Assembly (NCBI GenBank): GCA_037444845.1
Contig: JBBILQ010000007.1
Location: forward strand, 6,067 to 70,066
DNA: 64,000 nt
Reading direction: 5' to 3'
Source of the DNA: Candidatus Aminicenantes bacterium
Lineage (GTDB): Bacteria; Acidobacteriota; Aminicenantia; Aminicenantales; UBA8522
Part shown: positions 46,562 to 55,548 of the stretch, piece after piece
Layout: every line of letters begins with the position of its first letter
How positions within the stretch are numbered: the first letter of the stretch is position 1
Position numbers and translations under genes: made by a program
The notes under the pieces: model-generated
Database searches by the model: none
What the model saw: the letters and a program-made list of their open reading frames with translations, nothing else
What the model was told of the DNA's origin: nothing

Positions 46562-47244
46562 CTCGATGGAGTGCCGTAAACCTCCACCTCGACGTAGTGG
46601 TTCATGTCGTTGGCCGTATTCCCGTTTGACCAGAGCCGGACGTAGCGGGCCCTGACGCCTTTCGGGTCGAAAAGCTTTCCCTCATAAGTTTCGATGTATT
46701 CTTTATCCCGGCCGACGCCCAGCCCGGAGCTGTTGTCGTGGTCGTTGTTGAACACGGTGATAACGCCGCTGATGAAGTCTTTATCATCGGACACAAGGAC
46801 GATGATGTCGCGGTAGACGCGGGCCTGGGTGTGGTAATGCCAGACGAGGATGGCGTGGAGGGGACAAGAATCCTTGAGGTCGATCTGGACGAACTGCTTC
46901 CCGGGGCCGAGCTCAACGAAATAGCCGTCCTCCCCTGATTTTTCACCGTCGGTGACAAAAGAGATCTCTCCGATGACCGGCTGCATGTCGCTCGAGGACA
47001 CAGGCCTATTCAGGCTGAGGAGCTTTGTCCCGGCGGGAACAGAAAAAGGCCCTCTGGGTCTGCCGGTGATCCTTTCCAGGTTCGCGCTCTGGATGTTCCT
47101 GGGCGTTCCGATGAACATCGGCTTGGGAAGCTTGAGCTTGAGTTCTTCCTTCCCCAGGTCTTGAACGACAGGGGAGGAAGGGATCACGGCCGCGCTGATC
47201 AGCACAAAGGTAAGTCCGATGACAGGCGCGATTTTTCTTTTCAT
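46558..47244 (-). CDS. Secreted discoidin/F5-8 type C-like domain protein
   Basis: Signal peptide, LPKPMFIGTP, VTDGEK, VQIDL, ARYVRL and EVEVYG. Confidence 0.72.
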   Translation of the reverse strand: MKRKIAPVIGLTFVLISAAVIPSSPVVQDLGKEELKLKLPKPMFIGTPRNIQSANLERITGRPRGPFSVPAGTKLLSLNRPVSSSDMQPVIGEISFVTDGEKSGEDGYFVELGPGKQFVQIDLKDSCPLHAILVWHYHTQARVYRDIIVLVSDDKDFISGVITVFNNDHDNSSGLGVGRDKEYIETYEGKLFDPKGVRARYVRLWSNGNTANDMNHYVEVEVYGTPSR

Positions 47245-47333
47245 GGTTAACTCCTTTCCCATGAGTCCTGAGTGGGTGATGTCTGATTGCCTCTTTCCCA
47301 TTTTCACTCTCGATGGAGAAAAGACATAAGAAA

Positions 47334-48236
47334 TTATACAAGAATTTCTTTATTAAAAACACAGCAGGCCCGGGCATTTGTGATGACCAACGCCCAGACC
47401 TCGCGATGCCCGTTGCAGTACCGTCCGATCTCTTCCAGGCTCATGACCATAAAGGCTGTGGAGAGCGCATCCGCCGCGGCCGCCCGGGGATGGGAGACCC
47501 AGGCGGCCAAATACCGGTCGGCCGGATGGCCTGTCCTCGGGTCAACGATGTGAGCGCCCTTGACTTCTTTTCCTGAGCCGCTTAGGGCTCGATTCTTGAG
47601 GAAAAGGCGCATGTTCGGGCCGGCAAAACCCCGGGCCGCGCCAGCGCCGACCGGCCAGCCCTCCTCATCCGGCTTCAGGTCAGGAGCATCGCCGACAGCC
47701 AACACTGTGCTCGTGCCGCTGTGAAGGAGGACCCGGTCAATGTCCCAGTGGATGAGGGTCTCAACAGCCCGGTCAAGGGCATATCCCTTGCCGATGCCGC
47801 CGAGGTCAAGGTCGAACCAGGCCTCGCCTTGTTCGATTGGCGCCGGCTCTAAGGCCAGGTTGAAGCCGTTAGAGGAAGAGAATATCATTCTCGGCGCTTC
47901 TTCTTCGGTTTGCCTCCTTGATTTTAGTAGAGAGCGGAAGTTGATATCGAAAGCGCCGCCCGTCTCCAGGCGGATTTTTTCGGCGGCCGTCAAGCATTCG
48001 AACGTTTCGACGCCTATCCTCATTGATTCTCCGGGTTTGAGCCGGTTGATCTGGCTGACCTCGCTTGAGGCATTGAACCGGCTGAACAGGCCTTCCAGCC
48101 TTTCTACCTCGGCGAAAACAGCCTGGACGGCCTGCCGGGCATAACTCATTTCGCAGCCCGCGACCAGCGCCTCGAACGTCGTTCCCATGGCGTGGTGAGC
48201 AAAACGGCCGACGGCTGTTTCTTCTAAATCAGTCAC
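47334..48236 (-). CDS. apbE: FAD:protein FMN transferase ApbE-like, no signal peptide
   Basis: AMGT, FSRF..SSEVSQIN, GAFDI, DLGGIGKGYA.D, HIVDPRTG and ADALSTA. Confidence 0.88.
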   Translation of the reverse strand: MTDLEETAVGRFAHHAMGTTFEALVAGCEMSYARQAVQAVFAEVERLEGLFSRFNASSEVSQINRLKPGESMRIGVETFECLTAAEKIRLETGGAFDINFRSLLKSRRQTEEEAPRMIFSSSNGFNLALEPAPIEQGEAWFDLDLGGIGKGYALDRAVETLIHWDIDRVLLHSGTSTVLAVGDAPDLKPDEEGWPVGAGAARGFAGPNMRLFLKNRALSGSGKEVKGAHIVDPRTGHPADRYLAAWVSHPRAAAADALSTAFMVMSLEEIGRYCNGHREVWALVITNARACCVFNKEILV

Positions 48237-48910
48237 GATTTTTGCCGCGAAATTGCCTGATCCAGGAGAAGCATGGCCGAAAGAAGGGCGACAAGCCCGC
48301 TGTACCTGTGGACTCCGATGATGTCAACCTGCGCCTCGAACGCAAAATAGGGGAGCATAGAAAAGAGCGCCGTCAAACCGAGGGAGAGTCCGGATAAGAT
48401 AAAAAGCCAGAAAAGAAGCGACGTCAAGAGCGGGGATGGGATGTTTTTCATGGAGGAGCTCAGCGATCCGGCTGATTGTTCAGGCAAAACAAAGGGGATG
48501 TAGTCTTTGGCTCGCAGGACAGTCAGCACGGCCAGGCCGAGGACGAAGATTCCTCCGAGGCTGACATGGAGGAGAAGAGCCAGGCCGAAAAGGCCGCGCG
48601 GGCTGAGAAGAGAGAACCCAAACCCGCTGGCCGCAAGATAAATGAAGCTGAAGATAACACCGGACAGGGTCCATTTTTGCCAGGGCCGTGGATAGCAAAA
48701 CAGCCAGCCGAGATAAAACGACCGAGCTGCAACCCATCCCTCGCGCTTTAAGAACCTGGAGAAAGCCCGGCCGAGCCAGGAGAAGTAAGATGTTAGTCGA
48801 GGGAAAAACGGTTTGTTTTTTAGGCTGCCCGTTTCTTTGAAGCGGTTATAGGTCAAGAATGCCGCCAAACTCAAGCCGGCCGCAATCGAGATGATACGGA
48901 ATGCTGTCAT
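48233..48910 (-). CDS. Membrane protein, cytochrome b-like
   Basis: About 5 TM helices with His in LLHVSLG and GVHRYSG; translationally coupled to the multiheme cytochrome. Confidence 0.55.
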   Translation of the reverse strand: MTAFRIISIAAGLSLAAFLTYNRFKETGSLKNKPFFPRLTSYFSWLGRAFSRFLKREGWVAARSFYLGWLFCYPRPWQKWTLSGVIFSFIYLAASGFGFSLLSPRGLFGLALLLHVSLGGIFVLGLAVLTVLRAKDYIPFVLPEQSAGSLSSSMKNIPSPLLTSLLFWLFILSGLSLGLTALFSMLPYFAFEAQVDIIGVHRYSGLVALLSAMLLLDQAISRQKS

Positions 48911-51276
48911 TCTTGCTTGCTTCTTTCTATGAGTCCCGAGGCCCGGGCCATGCCGAGAAGGAACAAAAGCAGGACGACTGACCCAAGCACTAAGATAGAA
49001 ACGAAAAGAATTGCCTTGAATAGAGGCCGCACAGCGAATGATAAACCGAAAAACATCTGGTAAGCCCTGGCCAGGCCCGAGAAGGAGCCGGCAGAGACGA
49101 CTTTGACGCGGGATGTCTGGAGTGGCCCAGTCCCTCTGGCTTTGCGGAAAAGAAACGGAGAGTTAACCTTATGGCAGTCGCTGCATCCGTTGATGCCCAG
49201 GGATTGGCGGGCCGGCCTGACTTCGTGAGCCAGGGGCCAGGTCACGGCACTGGCCGCAGGATTATCGAAGGCGTCGAGCTTTCCGTCTTTATCGAGAGCG
49301 AACATCTTGCCGCCTGAAACGTAAACAAAGGCTGCTTTTTCACCGGGGTCTGATTGTCCTGTCTCCCGGGACAGGGCTTTGAGCACGAGCTCAACCTGTT
49401 CTTCAGTTAAGGTCTGCTCTGTTCCGACGAGTCGGCTGATTGTCCTCTGCTCAAGTTCCGGGATGAGGGGATGGAATTTTCCATCGACAAGCCAGACTAA
49501 CTGCGGCGCTGCCGTGGGCGGCCCCGGGTGGACTGATTTTTCAACGGATGTCTCAACAACCTGGTAAAGGGAGTCCCGGTTAAGGAGAGCCGGCTTACCC
49601 GGAGCATCGGGAAGGCCGGTCAGAACGTCAAGAACCCTGAAAATCCAGGCCTCGACATCTGGGTCGAGCGGCTCGGCCGCCGGGTCAAAATCAGGAACAA
49701 GAGGCGCGACCGATCCTTCTTTTTTGACCGCCCAGACAAGCTCTTTTGTCTGCAGACCAGCGGAGCTTTCGCTGAGGCTCAGGCCGCCGTCGAGGGTCAA
49801 TTCATAAATCTTACCTTCGAGGACGAGCACCGCTTTTTCATCCGGGTCGAGCTCAAGGGTCAGGGCGTTGAGGATTCTCGCCGCCCCGAGCTCTGGATGA
49901 AGGATTGCCCCTGCTGAAGCCAGAACCCTTTCAGGGTGGAGCGGTTGAAGCTTGCCGGCCTTTCGCTCCGCCCAGAAAGCCGGCCAGAACAGACGGCGCG
50001 GTGTGAGCTTGCCCCGCTCATCGCGGACATAGACCGGCTGAAGGATAGCCGGCAGGTCAGTGTGCCAGCGAGCGACACCGTAGATTCCCAGCCGGTTGGC
50101 CCGGGAAGTCCGGACCCGTGTGAGGTCGTTTTCCGGCCACGGCCCGGAATGGCAAACCGTGCAGGAGAGGCGTTTGAAATGGACGGCCGGAAACCCCTTG
50201 TGCCGCGGGAAGGGAGCGCCCAGCCGGCCGGCCAGCTTCTTTTTGCCTCCAGCCGGGTCGCCGCCCAGATGACAGCCGGAGCAGGTAAAAATGTCTTCGG
50301 AAAGGAGGGGGTTGTTGTCTTTCTCGCCCTCGTAGCCCCTGATCATGGCATGGCTGAGGTCATTGCGGTGACAGCTCACGCAGCGGAGACCCGCTGCCGT
50401 GTGGACATCGGCGTCGAATTCATATTTTTTCATCGCCGCCGGCGTCACCGAGTGACAGGAGAGGCAGCGTGAGTCGGCGGGCTCGCGCGTGATGTCGAGA
50501 AATGCCTGGTGTTTGCTGTCGAAAAGCGCGCGGTCATAGCGGACAAAAGGCGGCACAGCCCATTCCGTATCGTCAGGGTTTGGGCCGTCGATGATGTCCC
50601 AGGTCGGGCCGAGGCGCGAGGCCATTCCTCCGACCTCGCCCAGCCCGGCCGCTGCCGTGGCGGCCCAGCGGAAATTCTGGCGAAGGATCTGCTTGGCCCA
50701 CTCGCTCGGGCTTTGTTTGTTCGAGACGTTATGGCAACCCAAGCAATTGATTTCCACCTTGCCAGAGACATTCCATCGGGAGGGGGGGGTTACCTCGGCG
50801 TTAGGCGGCTCGGCGATACCGCCGCCAGTTAGGTGCCGGCCGAAAAGGAGCGTGAAATCCCAGGCGGAAAGCCCGATTTCTTCAGGATGCCATGTGCCCG
50901 GCCATTTATGGAATGAGAGAGGAAGGAGGGTTCCGGTTTTCTCGTTGACCCAGACCCAGGGCTCTCCCGGCCGGCCGGTTGCCGCCGGGCTGGCGGCCAT
51001 GAAATGGAGACCTTGACTGATGATGCTGTAGTCGTGGCAGGGAGCGCAGGTAAAACGCGAGGAGAAGGGCAACGGGTGGGATTCTGTGGGGACGATGACC
51101 TGGTCGAACTCATCCTTGAGCAGGATGAGATGGACAGGAGTCGCCCTGTTCCCATCCCAGGCCTGCTTCTTCTGTTCCTCAGCCAGAAGCATGGAACGAA
51201 CGGAAAAAACAAAACTTATTATAAATAGAGGAATAATAAGTTTGATAAACATTCTTCCGGAGGATTGCGATTTCAT
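48907..51276 (-). CDS. Heptaheme cytochrome c, OTR/MmcA-like, C-terminally membrane-anchored
   Basis: CAPCH, CLGCH, CLSCH, CVSCH, CSGCH, CTVCH and CSDCH; signal peptide; C-terminal TM helix. Confidence 0.88.
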   Translation of the reverse strand: MKSQSSGRMFIKLIIPLFIISFVFSVRSMLLAEEQKKQAWDGNRATPVHLILLKDEFDQVIVPTESHPLPFSSRFTCAPCHDYSIISQGLHFMAASPAATGRPGEPWVWVNEKTGTLLPLSFHKWPGTWHPEEIGLSAWDFTLLFGRHLTGGGIAEPPNAEVTPPSRWNVSGKVEINCLGCHNVSNKQSPSEWAKQILRQNFRWAATAAAGLGEVGGMASRLGPTWDIIDGPNPDDTEWAVPPFVRYDRALFDSKHQAFLDITREPADSRCLSCHSVTPAAMKKYEFDADVHTAAGLRCVSCHRNDLSHAMIRGYEGEKDNNPLLSEDIFTCSGCHLGGDPAGGKKKLAGRLGAPFPRHKGFPAVHFKRLSCTVCHSGPWPENDLTRVRTSRANRLGIYGVARWHTDLPAILQPVYVRDERGKLTPRRLFWPAFWAERKAGKLQPLHPERVLASAGAILHPELGAARILNALTLELDPDEKAVLVLEGKIYELTLDGGLSLSESSAGLQTKELVWAVKKEGSVAPLVPDFDPAAEPLDPDVEAWIFRVLDVLTGLPDAPGKPALLNRDSLYQVVETSVEKSVHPGPPTAAPQLVWLVDGKFHPLIPELEQRTISRLVGTEQTLTEEQVELVLKALSRETGQSDPGEKAAFVYVSGGKMFALDKDGKLDAFDNPAASAVTWPLAHEVRPARQSLGINGCSDCHKVNSPFLFRKARGTGPLQTSRVKVVSAGSFSGLARAYQMFFGLSFAVRPLFKAILFVSILVLGSVVLLLFLLGMARASGLIERSKQE

Positions 51277-52640
51277 GCGTTGAACTGTTCAGGGCGGAAA
51301 CGGAGGAGCTGGCGGGATTTGACCGCCTCGTTAACGCGCAGGACCGCCACCGCGCTTTCGTAAGCCAGCTCAGCCGGACAGGTCAGCGGCGTGCCATGGC
51401 GGATGGCATCGAAGAAGTTCTCCAGGTGGGGCTGGTGGGGCGGCTTGGCCAGCTCAACCGGCAGCGGCCAGCGGCCAGCCTCGGCCGTCACTCTGACGTC
51501 CAAGAAGATGTTGCGCGTGTCAACCTTCTGAATGGGCGGCTTTTCCGAAAGAAGAAGCCCGTCCTTAACAAGCGAATCCCACTCCGGCGCGTGCGCCTCG
51601 CGCATCGCCCAGTTTCCCCGTTCTGGAACCTCGGAGATAACCAGCGAGCCGTTTTCGCCCATGAAGGTCTCGAAAAAGCCGCCGTGCTTGGTCGTCGTCT
51701 GCACCTGGTAAAAGGCGCGTGCTGTGCCCTGCCCGGTTTCGTACTCGAAAACGGCCATGACGTTGTCGAACCATTCGCGCCCTTTGTAATAATCAGTGCC
51801 GCCGCTGGCCGAGACGGTGCTGGGGTTCGTGCCAAAAGCCCAGGAGAAGAGGTCGATCTGGTGCGACCCGAGGTCCACGATCGGTCCGCCGCCGAATTTC
51901 TTGAACCAGCGCCAGTTGCGGAACTCGAGCATCGAGCTGTAGCCGTACTTTTCGAGAGTGGCCGCGTCGATCGTGTATTTTTTGGGCCAGCCCAACATGT
52001 CGCTCCTGGCCCGATTCCATTGGGCGTAAGCTGCAGTCAGCCGGCCGAGGAGTTTTTTCTCTCGGATGAGGCGGTCGATGGCGTGGACGTAACGCGGGTT
52101 GCTCCTGCGCTGATGCCCGACCTGGAGGAGCTTCCCCGTGCGGCGGGCTGCGAGGACCATGCGCCGGGCTTGGTCGAGAGAATTGGACATCTCTTTCTCG
52201 CAGTAGACATGAAGCCCGGCCTCTAAACAGGCGATGGCCTGCTCGGCGTGCACCCAGTCGGGAGTGGCCACGATCGCGGCGTCGAGGCCTTTCTCTTTGG
52301 CCAGGAGTTCCCTGTAATCCATATAAACAGCGGGCTGCTGCCCGTACTTGTTGAGATAGCCCTTGGCGTATTCCCGGCTGTATTCCCAGATATCGCAGAC
52401 GCCGGCGAATCGGAGGCCAGGGATGCGCAGGCACGCCTCCATGAGCACGCGGCCCTGCTCTCCAGCCCCGATGAGGGCAAGGCGCAGGTCATCAGAGGGC
52501 CCGAGGGCGGTCTGGCGGCCGGCGGCGAGGGAGCCTTTCGGTAGACTTCCCTTGGCTAAAGCCAGGCCCAGGCCGGCGGAGGTCGTGGACTTCAGGAAGT
52601 CGCGGCGGCTAAGGATGTTCCTTTTTTTGGGTTTCGTCAT
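51273..52640 (-). CDS. Tat-exported Gfo/Idh/MocA oxidoreductase
   Basis: SRRDFLK, IGAGEQG, TPDWVH, YCEKEM, QVGHQRRS and DLGSHQID. Confidence 0.9.
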   Translation of the reverse strand: MTKPKKRNILSRRDFLKSTTSAGLGLALAKGSLPKGSLAAGRQTALGPSDDLRLALIGAGEQGRVLMEACLRIPGLRFAGVCDIWEYSREYAKGYLNKYGQQPAVYMDYRELLAKEKGLDAAIVATPDWVHAEQAIACLEAGLHVYCEKEMSNSLDQARRMVLAARRTGKLLQVGHQRRSNPRYVHAIDRLIREKKLLGRLTAAYAQWNRARSDMLGWPKKYTIDAATLEKYGYSSMLEFRNWRWFKKFGGGPIVDLGSHQIDLFSWAFGTNPSTVSASGGTDYYKGREWFDNVMAVFEYETGQGTARAFYQVQTTTKHGGFFETFMGENGSLVISEVPERGNWAMREAHAPEWDSLVKDGLLLSEKPPIQKVDTRNIFLDVRVTAEAGRWPLPVELAKPPHQPHLENFFDAIRHGTPLTCPAELAYESAVAVLRVNEAVKSRQLLRFRPEQFNA

Positions 52641-53629
52641 TTTGTCTCCATATCGCGGTCAAAAGCGATAACAGAGGCCGCAAAATCGATCGAGCGGACG
52701 AAATCGTGGGCTTCCTTTGCCCCATATTCCCGGTCCATGCCATTGTCCTCCCATTCGACGGAGAGCGGGCCGATGTAGTTGATGCTGTTGAGCTCGCGGA
52801 TGATCTCTTCGAAATTGACGTCGCCGTGGCCGAGGGAACGGAAGTTCCAGCCTCGTTTTAAATCCCCGAAAGGCAGATGAGACCCCAGGATGCCCGCCTT
52901 GCCGTCAAGCGTTACGGCCACATCTTTCATATGGACGTGGTAGATGCGATCGCTGAACTCGCGAATGAAGAGATGAGGCTCAAGGCCCTGCCAAGCGAGA
53001 TGGCTGGGGTCAAAATTGAACCCGAGCGTCGGGCGGTCGTTGAACTTCTCGAGAAGACGCTTGGCCGTATAGAGATCGAAAGCGATTTCGGTCGGATGGA
53101 CCTCCAGGGCAAACCGCACGCCGCAGCGGTCAAACTCATCGAGGATGGGTGTCCAGAGCTTGAAGATTTTTTCGAACCCCGCCTCGACCATCTCCTCGGC
53201 CGTCGGCGGGAAAGAATACCAGGCTTTCCAGATAGGCGACCCCATGAACCCGTTGACCACGGAGCAACCCATGGCCTTGGCCGCCCGGGCGGCGAACGTC
53301 ATCTCTTCAATCGCCCATTTTCGAATCTTTTCTGGTTTGCCCTTGACGTGGTCGGGCGCGAAAACATCTAGGCGAGCGTCGTAGCTGTCGCCGACGCACT
53401 GGCCGGCCAGATGGCTGCTGATAGCCCAGCATTTAAGGTTGTATTTCTTGAGAATCTGTTTTTTCTTCTGGACGTAGGCCGGGCTTGTGGCGGCCTTGCG
53501 GACCTCCATGTGATCGCCCCAGCATGCGACCTCAAGGCCGTCGTAGCCCCATCGGCTGGCCTTGCGGCAGATTTCCTCGAACGGCAAGTCAGCCCATTGC
53601 CCTGTGAATAAGGTTACAGGTCTTGGCAT
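52637..53629 (-). CDS. Sugar phosphate isomerase/epimerase (IolE-like TIM barrel)
   Basis: TLFTGQWADL, ALEVHP.EIA, NFDPSH, HVHMKD and SVEWED. Confidence 0.9.
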   Translation of the reverse strand: MPRPVTLFTGQWADLPFEEICRKASRWGYDGLEVACWGDHMEVRKAATSPAYVQKKKQILKKYNLKCWAISSHLAGQCVGDSYDARLDVFAPDHVKGKPEKIRKWAIEEMTFAARAAKAMGCSVVNGFMGSPIWKAWYSFPPTAEEMVEAGFEKIFKLWTPILDEFDRCGVRFALEVHPTEIAFDLYTAKRLLEKFNDRPTLGFNFDPSHLAWQGLEPHLFIREFSDRIYHVHMKDVAVTLDGKAGILGSHLPFGDLKRGWNFRSLGHGDVNFEEIIRELNSINYIGPLSVEWEDNGMDREYGAKEAHDFVRSIDFAASVIAFDRDMETK

Positions 53630-53640
53630 TTTTCCCTCCA

Positions 53641-54816
53641 TTAAAAATCAACCCACACAGCTCCTTTTCGGGAGCTTTCGACGCATTTTTCGATAAACGT
53701 CACGCCCCTCAGCCCCTCCTCGACGCCGGGAAAATCAACGTCATCGGCTGAAACGGGCTTACCAGAGAGGTGATCCCTTAGAGCTTCAATGTAGCTACTG
53801 TAAATATTGGCGAAAGCCTCGAAATAGCCCTCCGGGTGGCCGGAAGGGATCCGGCTGTATGCCTGGGCCTGCGGATACATCTTGTCCCGTCCGCGAGAGA
53901 TGACCTGGCTGGGCTGGTCGAGGTAGGAAACACGGCAGGAGTTCGGGTATTCCTGGCACCACTCGACCGAAGCCTTCGTTCCGTAAACACGGACGCGAAG
54001 CCCGTTGTCGTGGCCGATGGCGACCTGCGAGCTCCAGTACAGCCCCTTGGCGCCTCCTTTGTAGTTGACCATGATGGAAGCGTTGTCGTCGAGCTGGCGG
54101 CCCTCGACGAAGGCGTCGAGCCGGGCCAGGAGCGATTGTATTCTTAGCCCGCTCACATAGGAGACCATGTTTTCGATATGGCTGCCGATGTCGCCGACGC
54201 AGTTGGAGGCGCCTGCGTATTTCGGGTCGGTTCGCCAGGCCGCCTGCTTCTGGCCGGTTTTCTCAAGCGGCGTGGCCAGCCATTCCTGGGGATACTCGGC
54301 GCTGACAAAACGGATTTCGCCCAGGTCGCCGTTGCGGACCATCTGCCGCATGTGCTTGACGATCGGGTAGCCTGTGTACGCGTAGGTCACGCCAAAGAGG
54401 ATGCCCTTTTCCCTGGCCATACTGACGAGTTCCTCGGCGTCCCTGCTGGTCGTCGTCAGGGGCTTGTCGCAGACAACGTGGATGCCGTTTTCCATGGCCA
54501 GCCTGGCCATCGCGTAGTGTGTATTATTGGGCGTGACGATAATGACGAAATCTATTTTATCCTTGCGCCGGGCTTCAGCGGTGAGCATCTCCTCGAAATT
54601 TCTGTAGAGTCGCGATTTATCCGGGATGCCCAAGGCCTCGCCGGTGGCGAGCGTGTTTTCGTGGGATTGCGAAAAGCAGCCAGCGACGAGATCGGCCTTT
54701 CCATCCATAGCCACGGCCTTGCGATGGACATCGCCGATGAAAGCGCCCCTCCCTCCGCCGATCATCCCGTAGGTGAGCCGGCCCGCCTTCCCCAGGTTTT
54801 CTTTGCCCTCGATCAT
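53641..54816 (-). CDS. Cytoplasmic Gfo/Idh/MocA oxidoreductase
   Basis: GMIGGGRGAFIG.VH, TPN..H, CDKP, DIGSH and PSGHPEGYFEAFANIY. Confidence 0.9.
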   Translation of the reverse strand: MIEGKENLGKAGRLTYGMIGGGRGAFIGDVHRKAVAMDGKADLVAGCFSQSHENTLATGEALGIPDKSRLYRNFEEMLTAEARRKDKIDFVIIVTPNNTHYAMARLAMENGIHVVCDKPLTTTSRDAEELVSMAREKGILFGVTYAYTGYPIVKHMRQMVRNGDLGEIRFVSAEYPQEWLATPLEKTGQKQAAWRTDPKYAGASNCVGDIGSHIENMVSYVSGLRIQSLLARLDAFVEGRQLDDNASIMVNYKGGAKGLYWSSQVAIGHDNGLRVRVYGTKASVEWCQEYPNSCRVSYLDQPSQVISRGRDKMYPQAQAYSRIPSGHPEGYFEAFANIYSSYIEALRDHLSGKPVSADDVDFPGVEEGLRGVTFIEKCVESSRKGAVWVDF

Positions 54817-55055
54817 CTCCAAAACCTCCTTTCCGAATAGCGCCAGGAGGCAGTAATTCCTCAGGGTGCTTATATGATAATTAAGTCGCAAAGATTTTTC
54901 AAAAAAAGAAAGACGGAGACGGGCTTAAGGGCGGACCGTCCCCGTTAACTGTCGGCAATTCCGGGGCAAGACGAAAGGAAATGCTAAATGCGCGGAGGGT
55001 ACCTGAGTTCCTGGAACAATATCCAGAACTCAGTCCCTAGTGTCCCGTCTCATAA

Positions 55056-55209
55056 CCTGATCTATTCACAAAATGATACGATAAAACGCCCCCTCCCCTG
55101 GCGGGAGGGGATAGAGGGGAGGGGGAATCTTTGAATGATCCCCCTCACCCCGACCCTCTCCCACATGGGGAGAGGGGATTTTTTCCTTTCATTTCGTGAA
55201 TAGTCCAGG
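55056..55209 (+). mobile_element. 154-bp MITE copy 3
   Basis: Identical to copy 1; ATAA duplicated at 55052-55055 and 55210-55213. Confidence 0.92.
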
Positions 55210-55253
55210 ATAAATACCTTTCCAAAGTCATGCGCCAAGACGGGACACTTCCA

Positions 55254-55340
55254 TGGGGGAGTCAAGCTCCCCCCTCGGCGCTTCGCTTCACTCCGCTGAC
55301 CCCCTGAGGGGAACGACGCCGTCCCCCTCAAACTCCCCCG
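55254..55340. repeat. GC-rich palindromic element
   Basis: GGGGGAG-TCAAG-CTCCCCC and TGAGGGGAACG-ACGC-CGTCCCCTCA hairpins. Confidence 0.5.
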
Positions 55341-55548
55341 CGGTGGCGCGTCTTTGGTGATCGCAATTTATGTGATGTTATTTGTGAGACGCACCACTTG
55401 CTGCCGGGGGAGCTCGATCGTGCCGTCGAGCTGAATGGCAAGAAGAGTGACAATTTGCATGCCCAGGGTTTTTGTTTTATAGATGTCCAAGTCCTCCGGA
55501 AGCCTAACCCCATTGTCCCGGACTGAAAGAAGCCGGAGAAGTCTCGGG

